Source: Eledone cirrhosa
Taxonomy: Eukaryota
Direction: 5' to 3'
NCBI GenBank assembly: GCA_964016885.1
Contig: OZ024754.1
Span: 3,844,001 to 3,908,000 of the forward strand
DNA: 64,000 nt
Below are positions 1 to 14,960 of this stretch, piece by piece. Made by a program: the position numbers and the translations under genes. Numbering within the stretch: position 1 is the stretch's first letter; the number at the start of each line of letters is the position of its first letter. The notes beneath the pieces are model-generated. The model searched no databases and was not told the DNA's origin. It saw only the letters and a list, made by a program, of their open reading frames with translations.

Positions 1-156
1 CACACACAGTCACGCACAAGCACACACACACACACAGAAAGACTGACGAACCAACACACACACACACAGAGGCACGCACAAGCACATACACAACCACACA
101 CACGCACGCACATAGACACACAGAAAGACTGACGAACCAACACACACACACACGCG

Positions 157-252
<96 letters not shown>

Positions 253-378
253 CATATTAATATATCTACATACATTTTGAAGTTATGTTCATTCAAATAC
301 GAGCGCTTAACAGATTCTTAGACACTGATATGTGTTAGACACTCTTTCTTTCCGCTTCCCTCTCTCTTTCTTTATATA

Positions 379-419
<41 letters not shown>

Positions 420-575
420 GTATATATATATGCGTGTGTGCCTGCATTTACAAAACTATGTATATGAATGTATATGTGTGAGAGAATGTGTACGTGTTTT
501 TGTGCGTGGTACTTTGGTTGAAGAATTTAGGCATATACATATTAAATATTTAATTATGAAGTTATTCTGTATCCA

Positions 576-686
<111 letters not shown>

Positions 687-699
687 TATATACATATAT

Positions 700-952
700 C
701 CATAAGCAGAAGGGATATTCAATTTGTTGGTAATTCAACAAATATAAATGTTTATAACTGATTCAGAGCACTCGACAGATTTTCTGGAGTATAATATTCA
801 ATGATAGTAAATAAATGGAAACTATATTTATAAAACCATATTTATTCTATTATATATATTTCAAGGGTACCAAAAACTTTGGTACGCTTTCATCATCAGA
901 TAAAATACAAAGTGTGTTTAATAAATTTTGACATAGCCAAGGAACATACCTT
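700..952 (-). mobile_element. Family C element with internal inversion; HHR at 844-906 (-)
   Basis: Minus strand reads attttat-CTGATGA(+TGA)-aagcgtaccaaa(gtt)tttggtaccctt-GAAA-tatata-TA-atagaat. The ~715-795 segment is in the opposite orientation relative to the 45269 copy. Confidence 0.75.
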
Positions 953-984
953 GTATATATATATATATACATATATGCACACAC

Positions 985-1063
<79 letters not shown>

Positions 1064-1070
<7 letters not shown>

Positions 1071-1320
1071 ATACTTTGGCAGGGTCATGTTGCCAATAAG
1101 AAACACACGCACCAGTTGCTTTCACTTCAATTTATTATAATAAATTTATAAATTTAGGAATTTATAAATTTCCGGTTGGTTGGTTCCATAATCAGATGGT
1201 TGTTTATATATTGTCAAAGTTCTTTCGTCACACATTCTGTGACCTCTTCAGTGACTGGGGATTCTTTTCCTTGTTTTTGTGCCTCTACTTTGTTCAGTCC
1301 TACGCCATTTTGTTTCTGTG
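1064..1320 (-). mobile_element. Family F element; HHR at 1213-1255 (-)
   Basis: Minus strand reads gtca-CTGAAGA-g-gtcaca(gaatg)tgtgac-GAAA-gaac-TT-tgac. Terminus tattgttatactttggcagggtca is shared with 59935 and 61783. Confidence 0.72.
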
Positions 1321-1348
1321 TGTGTGTGAAACGATACATATATATCTA

Positions 1349-1440
<92 letters not shown>

Positions 1441-1443
1441 TAC

Positions 1444-1488
<45 letters not shown>

Positions 1489-1757
1489 TGTAGAAGTTTC
1501 TGTTCGAGCATATATATGAACTTGATTGTCATATTTCAATCGTATCGATATCGATCAGCTCACGGTACAATCTCACTGCCCTAGGTCCATGTTATTCCTT
1601 GACATCTAATCAGATATGCGTGGTTCGTTTCCTGTTTCTGTGTACAATGAGACAGTTAAACTGGTCATTATACCGTGAACTGATCGATAAGGAAATGATT
1701 ATAATATGCCAATAAAATGTATTTATCTGCTGCAACAGTGACTTCGATCCTACATAT

Positions 1758-2045
1758 ATTAATTACACCCTGGACCCTAGAGCCAACTAACTCTTGGATA
1801 GAACCCAACACGTTTCAAGATCCGTCTCGTGTTGGGTTCTAACCCAGAGTTAACTTGGCTCTAGTGTCCAGGGTGTAATTAATTGTTTCTACTTTTGGGG
1901 CAAGGCCAGCAATTATCCCAGTGTATTACTGGTGCTTTAATACACTGGGATAATTGCTGGCCTTGTGCCAAAAGTAGAAACAGTTATTTACACCCGGCAG
2001 ACTAGAGCCAACTTAACTCTGGGATAGAACCCAACACGAGACGGA
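1758..2045. repeat. Nested inverted repeats involving SINE 3' tails
   Basis: 1758-1812 vs 1828-1883 IR. SINE tail 1884-1928 vs 1937-1982 IR. A third copy 1983-2045 is inverted to 1821-1883. Confidence 0.75.
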
Positions 2046-2172
2046 ACCCATAACAGCATCATGGCCAAAGTGTGACTAGAACATTCCAATTTATTAAAGA
2101 ATGAGAGAATACTATTATATTCTGAAATGGCGTAGTGGCTTATGGCCCACCCTGTGTGCGTATATATATATA

Positions 2173-2541
<369 letters not shown>

Positions 2542-2546
2542 ACTAG

Positions 2547-2584
<38 letters not shown>

Positions 2585-2604
2585 CATCGTTGAATGACAT
2601 AAAA

Positions 2605-2990
2605 TAATTGTTTCTGCATTTGGCACAAGGCCAGCAATTACCCAGTGTAATACTGATACTTTATGTTATCGACCCCGTAAGGATGACAGGCAAAGTTAAC
2701 CTCGGCGGGATTTGAACTCAGAATGGAAAGGGACGTAACTCTATGCGTCAAAGCATGGCGTCCGAAACTCTACCGATACTGCCAATCCACAAAAATAATT
2801 ATTTCTACTTTAGGCACAAGGCCAGCAATTAACCAGTACATTACTGGTACTTTATTTTATCGACCCCGTAAGGATGAAAGGCAAAGTTAACCTCGGCGGG
2901 ATTTGAACTCAGAATGGAAAGGGACGTAACTATGCTAGAAAACATGGCGTCCAACCCTCTACCGATACTGCCAATTCACCGCCAATCCAC
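2605..2990 (-). mobile_element. Two tandem SINE-A copies (tRNA-derived SINE)
   Basis: Each has reverse-complement A box (tggcagtatcgg), B box (gagttcaaatcc), core gcctttcatccttacggggtcgataaaataaagtaccag and tail ctggccttgtgcc..agtagaaac. Separated and flanked by aaaataat. Confidence 0.88.
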
Positions 2991-3108
2991 AAAAATAATG
3001 AAAGTTTACAGGTTAAAATACATCATCTGGTGAAAGATTTCTATACAAGGATAAGAAATCGGTATAAAAACTCTATCACTATATATATATATATATGCTA
3101 TGTATATT

Positions 3109-3155
<47 letters not shown>

Positions 3156-3642
3156 TTAGAGACAAAGATAGTAGGGACATACGAAAATATAAATTTAGAG
3201 GGAGAATGTGTAGTAGACGGTGAGAGAATTTACGAGATAAATAAATATCTTATCCGTATACTTATATGGACGGCAGATATGGAGAAATATGTGTTGTGCC
3301 TGCTACTTGAACGGCAAAACTCATGGTGTTTAGTGGCCTACTCAGTTTACAGCCTATATCCATGCAGCTATATTAGTAGAGAAGTAGGAGTCTTTAAACC
3401 CCCCTGACCTCAGCGGAATACCTGACAGGTGTACAGTGAAGCCGACTCACAGCGGTGAAAGAAGTGTAGCTAGGGAAGAAGGGAGGGAGGTAAAGACAGA
3501 TAGTTACGGTAAGGGAAAGAGAGATACAGAGGCAGCAATAGTGGTAGCAATGCAAAGGACTATTTTACCAAATTACATACACTTAACGTAACTAGTGCGC
3601 GCGCATACACACACGCACACACACACACACACGCACACACAT

Positions 3643-3721
<79 letters not shown>

Positions 3722-3806
3722 TAAGTGTGTATGTGCGTGCATGTATCTATATACTTACACACTCCCAAACACACGCACACACCTATATAGGTATGTGTGT
3801 GTGTGT

Positions 3807-3881
<75 letters not shown>

Positions 3882-4030
3882 TGTGAGTGTGTGTGTCTAG
3901 TAATAGATCACCTAACTGAGAGAGAGGGAGAGAGAGAGAGAGTGTTTGAGCCAGTTTCTAACATAGAATCAAACCCCCTTTCACAGGATTTTACACTTTA
4001 GTAGAAGCTCTATAGATATTATATTAGTAA

Positions 4031-4216
4031 AGGGTGGTGGATTGGCAGTATCGGTCGAACGCCATGCTTTAACGCATAGAGTTACGGCCCTTGCCATAAC
4101 TGAGTTCAAATCCCCCCGTGGTTAACTTTGCCTTTCATCCTTACGGAGTCGATACAATAAAGTACCAGTATTACACTGGGTAATTGCTGGCCTTGTGCCA
4201 AAAGTAGAAACAATTA
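4031..4216 (+). mobile_element. SINE-A full length with TSD
   Basis: A/B boxes, core and tail. attatattagtaaag is duplicated at 4018-4032 and 4213-4227. Confidence 0.9.
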
Positions 4217-4534
4217 TATTAGTAAAGATATCGCATGTCGATAGATGCGATGACTACAGTAACATGCATGTCGGTCCAGCCAGTTGGCAGTGATACTGTA
4301 GACTCGGAGCAAAGCAATTATGCAAATAATTTGAGAAACTCACGAAACTTTCCAGCCATATTGAACTTCAACGTAGTCCCATCATATTTTAAAAACATGT
4401 TGGCAATATATTCCTTCATATGTAAAAAGGATGGTGCAGTCACGGTTCAAAAACCTTTTATTACAACTTTAGACGTGAATCCGAGTTCAATTGATTTTAA
4501 ATTTCATTATAGATTGCAACGAGATTTCATTATA

Positions 4535-4866
4535 TAGGGCCCCTTTATGATCTGAGTTCAAATCCCGCCAAGGTTAACTTTGCCTTTCATCCTTACGGGG
4601 GTCGATAAAATAAAGTACCAGTAACGTACTGGGTAATTGCTGGCCTTGTGCCAAAAGTAGAAACAAATATATATTCAGGGCGGTGGATTGGCAGTACCGG
4701 TAGAGCGTCGGACGCCATGTTTCCATCATAGTTACGTCCCTTTACGGTCTGAGTTCAAATCCCGCCGAGGTTAACTTTGCCATTTATCATTACGGGGTCG
4801 ATAAAATAAAGTAGCAGTAATGCACTGGGATAATTGCTGGCCTTGTTCCAAAAGTAGAAACAATTA
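4535..4866 (+). mobile_element. SINE-A: 5'-truncated copy (4535-4667) plus full copy (4678-4866)
   Basis: Same core and tail as 4031-4216. Confidence 0.88.
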
Positions 4867-5537
4867 TATATTAAGGGTAGCATTTCTAGTTCTCGTATTT
4901 CAGTTCGTTAGAACTCATAAATTATAAACTACAGAATACCCAAACTAATACCTGGACCACACCAGTTCTATTTTTTTTAGACGATATACAGAATATAAAA
5001 GTCTATTATAATATGCGAAAAGTGCAATTTCATTATGCATTAAGTTCCAACTCATTCAGTGATTGAAGCTATTCAACTATTTTCACATATATTTTCATTT
5101 CTGGTCCCCTCAGTCTCTAAAATGTTCTCTGACTACTTGTACTGATGAAGGATACGAAAATAATCTTACAAAACAAACCCATCCTTATTTTAACACTATA
5201 TAACCATAACATTAACATAATATGCGATAGAAAAACAAAAATTCTATGTAGAAATTTGATATTTATTTCATTCAGACCACATAGGATAATAGTTTGAAAA
5301 GGTAAAAAGTCGCAACATAGTCAATGTTCGCAGCAGATATACGAGATTCAGTTACAAATTTGTTTTTATACCCTACTGAGTCAATAACATAATTGCCACT
5401 ATTATTGTGGCGTAGATTCAGTCCACAATATATCTCTCTACATCACACCAGCAACTGGCATATTGCCAAGTCGAAAGAAATCAATGCTTGAAAAAAAAAA
5501 CTAAAAAAAAACACAAACATAAAAATTTCACAGATAC

Positions 5538-5650
<113 letters not shown>

Positions 5651-6217
5651 GTATATTTGCGTTTGTGTATGTAGACACATACACACATGCATATATATAT
5701 ATATATATATACACACGAGGAGATTGATCACAGTTTAAAAAAATAACACAAAATGAAATAGATACATAAAGAAAAAAAAAACTATGGCTGAGGTAACCAT
5801 CGCCTATTTATGACGGTTTCCTTAATATATATCCTTTATAATGACTCCTTGTCTGCTTAATTGCGTTGTTGCTTTTACACTCGAATTAATTAAAACACAT
5901 TTATTTTATTATATCAAATTAGATACACACTATCCGAAATAATCATAAATACACTTGCGCACGTATATGAATTCAAATAGAAAAATCATATGCGTATATA
6001 TGCATATACACACAATTAAACACATATAGATACACTTGTCAATAATTATGGGGATACTTCTAATGTAATATTATTTCATTTATTTTCATTACTATTGATT
6101 TCTGTAGTGTGGATAGAGAGAGTAATTTTCAGCAGAAATTACTTTAAATTGTTATTAATTTCCTACAGTTCAAATTGTCAGTACACGCAGATAGAAAATT
6201 AGATGGATACAAACACT

Positions 6218-6280
<63 letters not shown>

Positions 6281-6462
6281 ATATATATATATATATATAT
6301 ATACAGAGGGAGAGAGAGAGAGGGAGTTAGTGAAATAATGACAGAGGAAGAAGAGGGAGAAGGAAAGGGACAAAAGTAGAGATTTAGAACAGATACAAAG
6401 ATCAACAAATTCTCTAAAGAAAAGAGAGATATAGAGAGATAGAGAGAGAGAGAGAAAGAAAA

Positions 6463-6493
<31 letters not shown>

Positions 6494-6647
6494 GGGAGAG
6501 AGAGATAAAGGTATACAGAAAAATAGAACTGTAAATAGAGATAATGTAGGAGAGACTTAAATTGAGAGATAAAATTATGAGACAAACATAAGCAGTATAT
6601 CTGGAAATATACATGAATACATAAACACATAACTATATATATATATA

Positions 6648-7545
6648 CTAGCAGTGGTACCCGGCGTTGAACGGGATAAGGTATTTTGGAACGCGGGCCG
6701 CCAACAGACCTAATCGTGGAAAAACTGCATGCCAGGACAATGTGTGAAGAAATTAACCGAATACTCTGATGGCTAGATAATCTTTAAGATTTTCCTCGAT
6801 GAAGCAGGAATAATGCAGGTTTTCACCTAATGCGGGCCCCAGTGTATCAATAAAATGAATTTTTTTATGTGCATAATATGCCTTGAAATTTCGGGAAAGC
6901 CGGCTAGAGGTAACGCCTCAAAAAAAGCCCTAAAAAGCTGAAAAAATGAAGTTTTTCACCTAATGCGGGCCCCAGGCCATACAAAAGTTGGATTTTCTTT
7001 GCTCACGGTATGAAGAAGAGACTGACTAATACATAGTTACAATTTCAAGGAAATAGGTCTGACGTAACGCCTCAAACCCCCTAAAAACTTAAAAGTACGC
7101 AGTTTTTCACCTAATGCGGGTCCGAGGGTATGAAAAAGTTGCATTTTTTATGTGCATAACACTCCCTGAAACATAAGTAATACATATGTAAAGTTTGAAA
7201 AAAATCGGTTGGGTACTTCTCGAGTTTTAGGGATTCAAACTTACATACACACACAGACAGACATCGTCAGGGAAGTGACGTAATGCAGACATACAGACAT
7301 ACAGGCAGATATTATAAGGGCGCGATGTTATATGTATGTATCTATCTAAAAAGAATTATAGAGAGAGATCGCTAAATCGCCTAATGCGGTCCCTAGGACA
7401 TTGAACATTTGAAATTTCTTTTGCTCAGAACACTCCCTGAAATATAAGTATTATATGTGTAAAGTTTGAAAGCAATCGGTTGGCTGCTTCTTGAGTTTTA
7501 AGGTTTCAAACTCACACACACAGACAGACATCGTCAGTTATATAT
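6648..7545 (-). mobile_element. Non-autonomous Helitron-like element with internal tandem repeats
   Basis: Minus-strand 3' end cccgttcaacgccggg hairpin + taccactgCTAG|T (6648-6675). Repeated ttttcacctaatgcggg at ~6821, 6952, 7103 and a variant at ~7379. gtctgtctg / caaccgattt motifs near the 5' side. Confidence 0.72.
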
Positions 7546-7558
7546 ATATGTATATATA

Positions 7559-7661
7559 TAGGGTGTTCCCACAAAATGTATCCACCCTTCAACAGCATTT
7601 TAATCAATTTTGCCTGTACAAGTAATCGAAGTGTGTATACATTATTTTGGAGGACACCCTG
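7559..7661. mobile_element. Tc1/mariner-type MITE remnant
   Basis: Imperfect TIRs tagggtgttcccacaaaatgtat / atacattattttggaggacaccctg next to TA. Confidence 0.55.
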
Positions 7662-8566
7662 TGTTTATATGTGTGTATGACGGCGTGGGCACGTGTGTGT
7701 GCGTGTGTGATTGGCTTACGTATAAATTCTGTTTAAAACATTTCATCAAATGACATTATGCAATAAGAAACGATGAATGACCATGTTGATCAATATGGGG
7801 TTGGAACTCAGAGCGGAGAGACCTGGAAACGTAACACAAACCATTCTATTCTGTGTTCTAATGAATTCGACAATTTACATCTCACTTTTGTTAGTTATGA
7901 TTCTTTTAAAAAAAATACTGAACAAAAAATATTTTGTCGACTCAGAACACTGAGCGAATGAACCAATCGACAAAACCACATTTAGGCGGTTTTTGTGGGG
8001 GCTGGGGTAGTTTTTTACAACGGTAAATTATGCCATCTGTTGTAGGTGGAATTACTTTTCGAAAGATAAGTCTTGTTACAAGTCAGTTGTGTCAAAAGCT
8101 AAGTGCATTTGGAAACACACTGCTACAATTACCAATATAGGTCCCGCTGACATTTCAGGAAGTTTTTAGCTACCTTAACATATTATATTTCTTAAGAATT
8201 CCATACCATAAGTATTTTCAATGTGGGTGCATATGTTTAGAGATGGTGACAACTGGTTAATAAGAAGCACGTACTTCAATAGAGATTTAATCTGTCAACT
8301 GTTGAATAATAAAATCCAAATTGGATTTCAGGTGTATTTCAAGTAACTATGTAGAGTTGTGTACTTAAAAAGTAAAAGGGATTTTCTCCGACAATTTAAA
8401 GATGCTTCTACTCAATATTTTAGCAAATCTTCATAAGATTCTTCTTTGTTTCCAAACATATGTTATGCTAGTTGTTGAAATTGTAAAGCAATGCTTTTTT
8501 AATATACATATATATACACACATACATGCATATATACATACATACATACACACATATATATGTATG

Positions 8567-8710
<144 letters not shown>

Positions 8711-9251
8711 CGAAATTGCTGTGTAGTTGCTATTTAAGGTAACTTAAAATGCAGTGGGAATTCGAAGAAAGCAAGAACAATAGGGGTTTCCTCATCAGTT
8801 GTCTACTGAGGTTCTTGGATATTTCTACGCTTTAAAGACAATATACCTCGCCCCAGGGCGTCAATAACTGGATAAGTTCTTGGAAAAATGGAGGAAGGAG
8901 GGAAGGAAAGCAAAGGAGTAGAAAAGAGAAAACAGTAACCAAACAGCGAAATAAAACCCCACAAAAAACGAGCAATGTGCGAGCAACTATAGGCAGGACA
9001 TCCAAGACCACTCGATAAGAGAACTTAAGTTCAAGACTGAGTGGTCGAGAGAAAAAAGACACACGTCCGACGCCGCAGTTGTAAGTGAGAAGAGAACTGC
9101 TAAACGGTCAGGGGTGAAAGTGAGGGAAGAAGGTGGGGTAAGAGTAGATAGGGAGAAAAGGAGGGGGAAGAAAGAGGGGTGAGAGTAGAAAGTAACGAAA
9201 TAGGTAGGTAGAAGGGGAGAGAAGAATGGTATATATATATGTATATATATA

Positions 9252-9421
9252 GCGAGGGAAAAGTGGTAAGGAACCAGGTGGACCATAACGCACCAAAGTA
9301 CTCAATACTTAGGGTAGTAGAGTGGGTAATAGGAGTAAGTAAGACCCCGACGGCTGAGCTCAAGCCGTTTCGAATTAGCCGTCGAAACGGCTTGAGCTCA
9401 GCCGTCGGGGTCTTACTTACT

Positions 9422-9425
<4 letters not shown>
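9252..9425 (-). mobile_element. Family D fold-back element (3' half of an HHR), in (TA)n
   Basis: GAAA-cggct(tgagctc)agccg-TC-ggggtc is present on both arms. Apex ~9373-9380. Short arm ends at cctat|(at)n. Confidence 0.8.
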
Positions 9426-9461
<36 letters not shown>

Positions 9462-10437
9462 GTCTTCTAGAAAATCGAGTGAAGGCGTAAGTGTATTAGA
9501 ATTTGTAGAATAATGAGAAACTCAACTTTCCTCTAGAGAAATAGGGATAGATCTGGAGATAAATGGAGAGAGAGGAGATAATTTAGATATATACAGGAAC
9601 AGTTGTCCCTGGTATGAGGCTGACTAGATTAATTGTATCTTAAGCGACTGATATTACACGACGCCAGTTCATTGTAGTCATAACTCACACCTGCTGCTGG
9701 TACTCATTTTCAGGTGAGTAGATTGGAACACCGTGAAATGATGTATTTTTGCTCCGGAACATCACATATCACCCGCTGAAGTATTTGAACCCATGGCATT
9801 CCTGTCGCACGTCTAACAGCCTAAATACTTATCCCTAAACTTCCACATTTCTCAATATAAAGCCTAATGTTGCTATGACAAGTGGAGATCTACAATATCA
9901 TTAATATCCGACATGTTATTTACATGTAGTATTCTGAAGGGATCATTAACTTTCCTCACTGCTGCTCTCTGTAATCTCCCATTCTCTATTCAACTTAATA
10001 ACGGAAATCTTGTTTGGTAATTCTTCCTTAATCCTTCAAGATGCCTAATCCATTTATATTCTTCGTCCGATATCTCTAAGCCTATTCAAGCTTGTAATCT
10101 ATACTCACTATGGTTGATCTTTGCTTTTCTCCTTCATTGCCATTACACTTGACATGTCACAGTAGATTTCCTTTCCTACGGACAGCATATTTTATATTTC
10201 CATGATGTTATTATTATTGCTGTTGTTGTAGTTATCAATATTATTTCTGATAACACTGTCGCTGTGGTAGTTGTTGTTATTGTTGCTGGTGTTTCTGTCA
10301 TTGTTGTTGTTGTTTTACTGGTTCAATTTAGTATTTACAGCTCCTCTTCGTTTATATATACCTTCCATCTACTTGAATTAAACGCCATTTTGTGTTGTTT
10401 TTTCGTCCTTTTATTTTGTTCAACGACATGTCACCTT

Positions 10438-10820
10438 GATTGGCAGTATCAGTAGAAAGTCGGACGCCATGCTTTGCAGCAAAGAGTTACGCCTCTTTAT
10501 GGTGTGAGTTCAAATCCCGCCGAGTTTCACTTTGCCTTTCATCCTTAGGGGATCGGTCGATAAAATAAAGTACCAGTAATGCATTGAGTATTTTCTGGCC
10601 TTGTGCCCAAAATAGAAACAATTATTGTTCTTGTTGTTGCTGTTGTGTAGCATAGAGTTACGAACCCTTCCGTTATGAGTTCAAATCACCCCGTAGTCAA
10701 CATTGTCATTTATCCATATGGGATTGATAAAATAAAGTACCAGTAAAGAAATGAGGTCAATGTAAATTAATTTTCCCCTTCCCCCAAAATTGTTGGACTT
10801 CAGTCTCAATCAGAAACTAT
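10438..10820 (+). mobile_element. SINE-A copy (10438-10626) plus related subfamily copy (10646-10820)
   Basis: gagttcaaatc B box and gataaaataaagtaccagtaa core in both. The second has a different tail. Confidence 0.8.
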
Positions 10821-11392
10821 TATATTTTGAAATTATATTATTGTCCGCCATATTTCAGTCGCTTGTATTCATCAATATTGATTCGTTTATCAATATAAAC
10901 CTCCCTTTTTTGGCCAAAGAGATGCCATATTGGATTCATTCAAGTTGCGTACACAACTGCTACGCCTAACCTTCAGTAAGGAAGATTGACACCGCTGTCC
11001 GGTCTTTGGTACTGCACATATCGAATCCCTTTAACAAGAGTTGAAATTAGTTGACAACAATCTAAAACGTAAAATCCTCCTTGCACTATTTAAATACGCA
11101 TATTGAATTTTTAATATACTGTATCAATTAGTTGAAATTAATTTACTGAATTATAAATCGTTAATATATAAATGTAATATTATATCTTCATGGCAACACC
11201 AGATCTTTGCAGCTATCAGAGTATATTCCTTATTCGTTTCCCCATATTGATGAAAGCTGAGTGATTATATATCATTTTCAATGTAATTATGTTATATGAA
11301 ATCGAAAAGATAGTTAAGTAAATTAGGAAAGATGCAGAATTGCTGAGTGTGTCCATATGTTTATCTATAACACACATAAACACACACCCACA

Positions 11393-11466
<74 letters not shown>

Positions 11467-11833
11467 AATATATATATATATATATATACATTAACATACA
11501 TACAGACACTCAGTTATACAAATATATTTATATATATACACGTGCGTATATATTTATATGTATACACTGCACACACGTGACCTCTGACATAATAATGCTC
11601 GCACCTATTTTCTCCCAACAGTTAGCTCTCTACATGCGTAGTTTCTAGTTAGATGGAGATTCCAACAACAAATGAATACACTTCTGCATAAGAGTAACTA
11701 TAGAAATAATTATAATGAATAAGCGCTCTATGTAATCAAAACATGTTTCTGAATGCTATTCGTATATATACACACGCACACACACACATATATATATATA
11801 TATAAGCAGGACTGATTTTTGTCGTATTAACAC

Positions 11834-11920
11834 TGGTCTGAGGATCAGGCAGTCTTGGAGTCGGGTCTGGGGGTGCCATCCCAAATCACGAGCCAGCTGC
11901 TTGGGAAACGTTTGTAACCA
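11834..11920 (+). ncRNA. Type-I hammerhead ribozyme with long stem II extension (family I)
   Basis: tggt-CTGAGGA-tcaggcag[long hairpin]ctgcttgg-GAAA-cgtttg-TA-acca. Predicted GUA cleavage triplet. Lies between TA tracts. Confidence 0.82.
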
Positions 11921-11958
11921 CGATTAATGTACAGATGGAACATCTCCACTTTGTTCTA

Positions 11959-12232
<274 letters not shown>

Positions 12233-12237
12233 TATAT

Positions 12238-12398
12238 TTATTAAAATAACAGATTAAAGTTTAAGCAAAGAATTCTTTGCTTAAACTTTAATCTGTTATT
12301 TTAATAAATATTTGCTCTTCGGTTCTTATATATTTGATATATATTATCCTTATCGAGTCCTCTCTGGATTTTAGTCTTCAATTTTATTATTATTACTA
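12238..12398 (+). mobile_element. Family E fold-back copy
   Basis: Palindrome ttattaaaataacagattaaagtttaagcaaagaattctttgcttaaactttaatctgttattttaataa, plus the family E tail. Confidence 0.75.
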
Positions 12399-12417
12399 TA
12401 TATATATATATATATAT

Positions 12418-12535
12418 ACTTTTGGCACAAGGCCAGCAATTATCCTAGTGCATTACTGGTCCTTTATGTTATCGACCCCATAAGTTAACATCGGCGGGAT
12501 TTGAATTCAGATCGTAACTCTATGCTACAAAACAC
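12418..12535 (-). mobile_element. SINE-A, internally deleted
   Basis: ttggcacaaggccagcaatta...atcgacccc...ggcgggatttgaattcag. Confidence 0.75.
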
Positions 12536-12630
12536 GGAAGAAACTTTCAGGATAACTGGACGGCAGAAGGTCATCACATATGAAACCCCTCTCAAGCGTG
12601 TGTTTCGTCTATTAACTTCTAAACTTATGA

Positions 12631-12695
<65 letters not shown>

Positions 12696-12705
12696 CGTGT
12701 GTATG

Positions 12706-12749
<44 letters not shown>

Positions 12750-13163
12750 CGTGTGTATGTATGTATATATATATACACACACGCAACGAATCTTATATAC
12801 AAATAGCGGAGTATATTAAGTACTATACATCGACCTATACATGTGAACTATATAAAAGCGTAACGCAAATGTTTAGCAATACAACTGATATTTACAATAT
12901 AGTATTGAATATGTAAAAATTATGATGGCTTGCGTGTTCTACCTGAAATTTAGATTTCTCTTATTCCTTACGGCAAAATGTTTGATAGCACTTTGTAAGT
13001 CTTTTGTATTTATGTATTCCATTGACTTGCTTTAAGGCATATTTCATTGCCAACCGTTTTTTCATTCATGAGATGTACCGTTTATAACATATTAGAAATA
13101 CGGTTTTCTACCGACGATGCTGGCTGCCACCCAAGATATTAAACTGTACACACACACACACAT

Positions 13164-13226
<63 letters not shown>

Positions 13227-13441
13227 CAGACATATACACCTGTGTATGAATATAAGTGTGCGTGTATGTGTGTGCATGTATATATATATATATATATATA
13301 AATTGATTCAATTCTTTTCTACTCAATCTCTCTCTTTCTCCCCTTTTCTGTATATATATATATATATATATATACATGCACACACATACGCATACACATA
13401 TAATCATACACAGGTGTATATATATATATATATATATATAA

Positions 13442-13485
<44 letters not shown>

Positions 13486-13734
13486 TGAATCAATTCTTTT
13501 CTACTCAATCTCTCTCTTTCTCCCCTTTTCTTTATATATATATATATGTATATATATATTTATATATAGTACACAGGCACACAGCACACTTCAACTATTA
13601 CAGCATGTATGTATGTAAGTGATAAAATTAAAGCCTCATCGTGGACATTGCTTAGATGAATATATTCCACATAAAATAATAGGGTTTATAAGGCAACTTA
13701 AGGTAAACCTGTACATGTTGTACAACCTGTTTCA

Positions 13735-13933
13735 CTCGTTGGTAACCAATGTTAGTAGGGTACTCAATACATTAGTAGAGTGTAAACATAAACATCCAGT
13801 TTAATATAGAAATGGGTTATAAAGGAATAGAACTGTTTCATTCAAAAGAAATCATCTGGAAAGCCAGTACTTCCCTGATGATTCGATTCCTTTCGAATAA
13901 AGCAGTTCTACTCCCGTAGAATCCATTTCTATA
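13735..13933 (-). mobile_element. Family B copy, decayed fold-back
   Basis: Long arm on minus (gtactcaatac...gaactgtttcattc). Short inverted arm ccCTGATGAttcg...cgtagaa ends in (TA)n. Confidence 0.65.
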
Positions 13934-13967
13934 TATATATATGTATATATATATATATTTCTCTCTC

Positions 13968-14206
<239 letters not shown>

Positions 14207-14332
14207 TATATATATATATATTTATATGTATATATATATATACACGTATATATATATATATTTATATATATATATATATATACACGTATATATATATACG
14301 TATATATATATACGTATATATATATATATACG

Positions 14333-14374
<42 letters not shown>

Positions 14375-14459
14375 ACAGGGAATATTCTCCTGGACTTATA
14401 TTCACAGTATCATACAGTCACGACTATGACGTTCAAATGTCGATATCGACGATGATGCG

Positions 14460-14532
<73 letters not shown>

Positions 14533-14927
14533 GAAATCAGGAGGAAAGTGCGGCAGGCAGCTCCCACTCGTTCCTTCCACCTTCAACTCCAACTCCAACC
14601 CCCAACTCCGACTCCAACTCCGACTCCGACTCCAACTCCAACTGCAACTCCACCAACGCCAGCAACTATAACAACAGTAACTGCAACAAGAACAACAATA
14701 TCTCCAACCACAAGAGAACGAATATTGGTGTCTTGCTATCATCAGGCCCATCCTTTGCTAACAACATATTCATGAGTTTTAGTGAGATAACACAAAGAAT
14801 TCGTTGAAAGATTACGAATTTTTGATATTTGCGTCAAGAGCCATGCAAATTGAATTTCAATATTCTTTGCACCTGCATGGTGGAATTTTTAATATTATTT
14901 TATCTTACACTTCTTGTTTATATATTA

Positions 14928-14960
<33 letters not shown>

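Noticed and set aside
4031-4115. tRNA gene calls for A/B-box-containing sequences
   Set aside because: They are SINE heads fused to a conserved body and tail, with no complete cloverleaf.
5136-5172. ttgtaCTGATGAaggatacGAAAataatcttacaa HHR-like string
   Set aside because: Stem II cannot pair and the UH site is out of register with stem I. Likely chance or too decayed.
6821-7395. CRISPR-like repeat-spacer pattern (ttttcacctaatgcggg)
   Set aside because: Spacers are long and mutually homologous, the context is a eukaryotic Helitron, and there are no cas genes.
9239-9490. Recurrent peptide VVRNQVDHNAPKYSILRVVEW (also at 33749, 50200, 59972)
   Set aside because: This is the antisense translation of the family D non-coding tail, with start codons supplied by flanking microsatellite. 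Not a gene family.
14437-14900. Possible exon/5' UTR with PT-rich ORF
   Set aside because: Low-complexity (CCAACT)n and (ACA)n. No recognisable domain or convincing splice structure.
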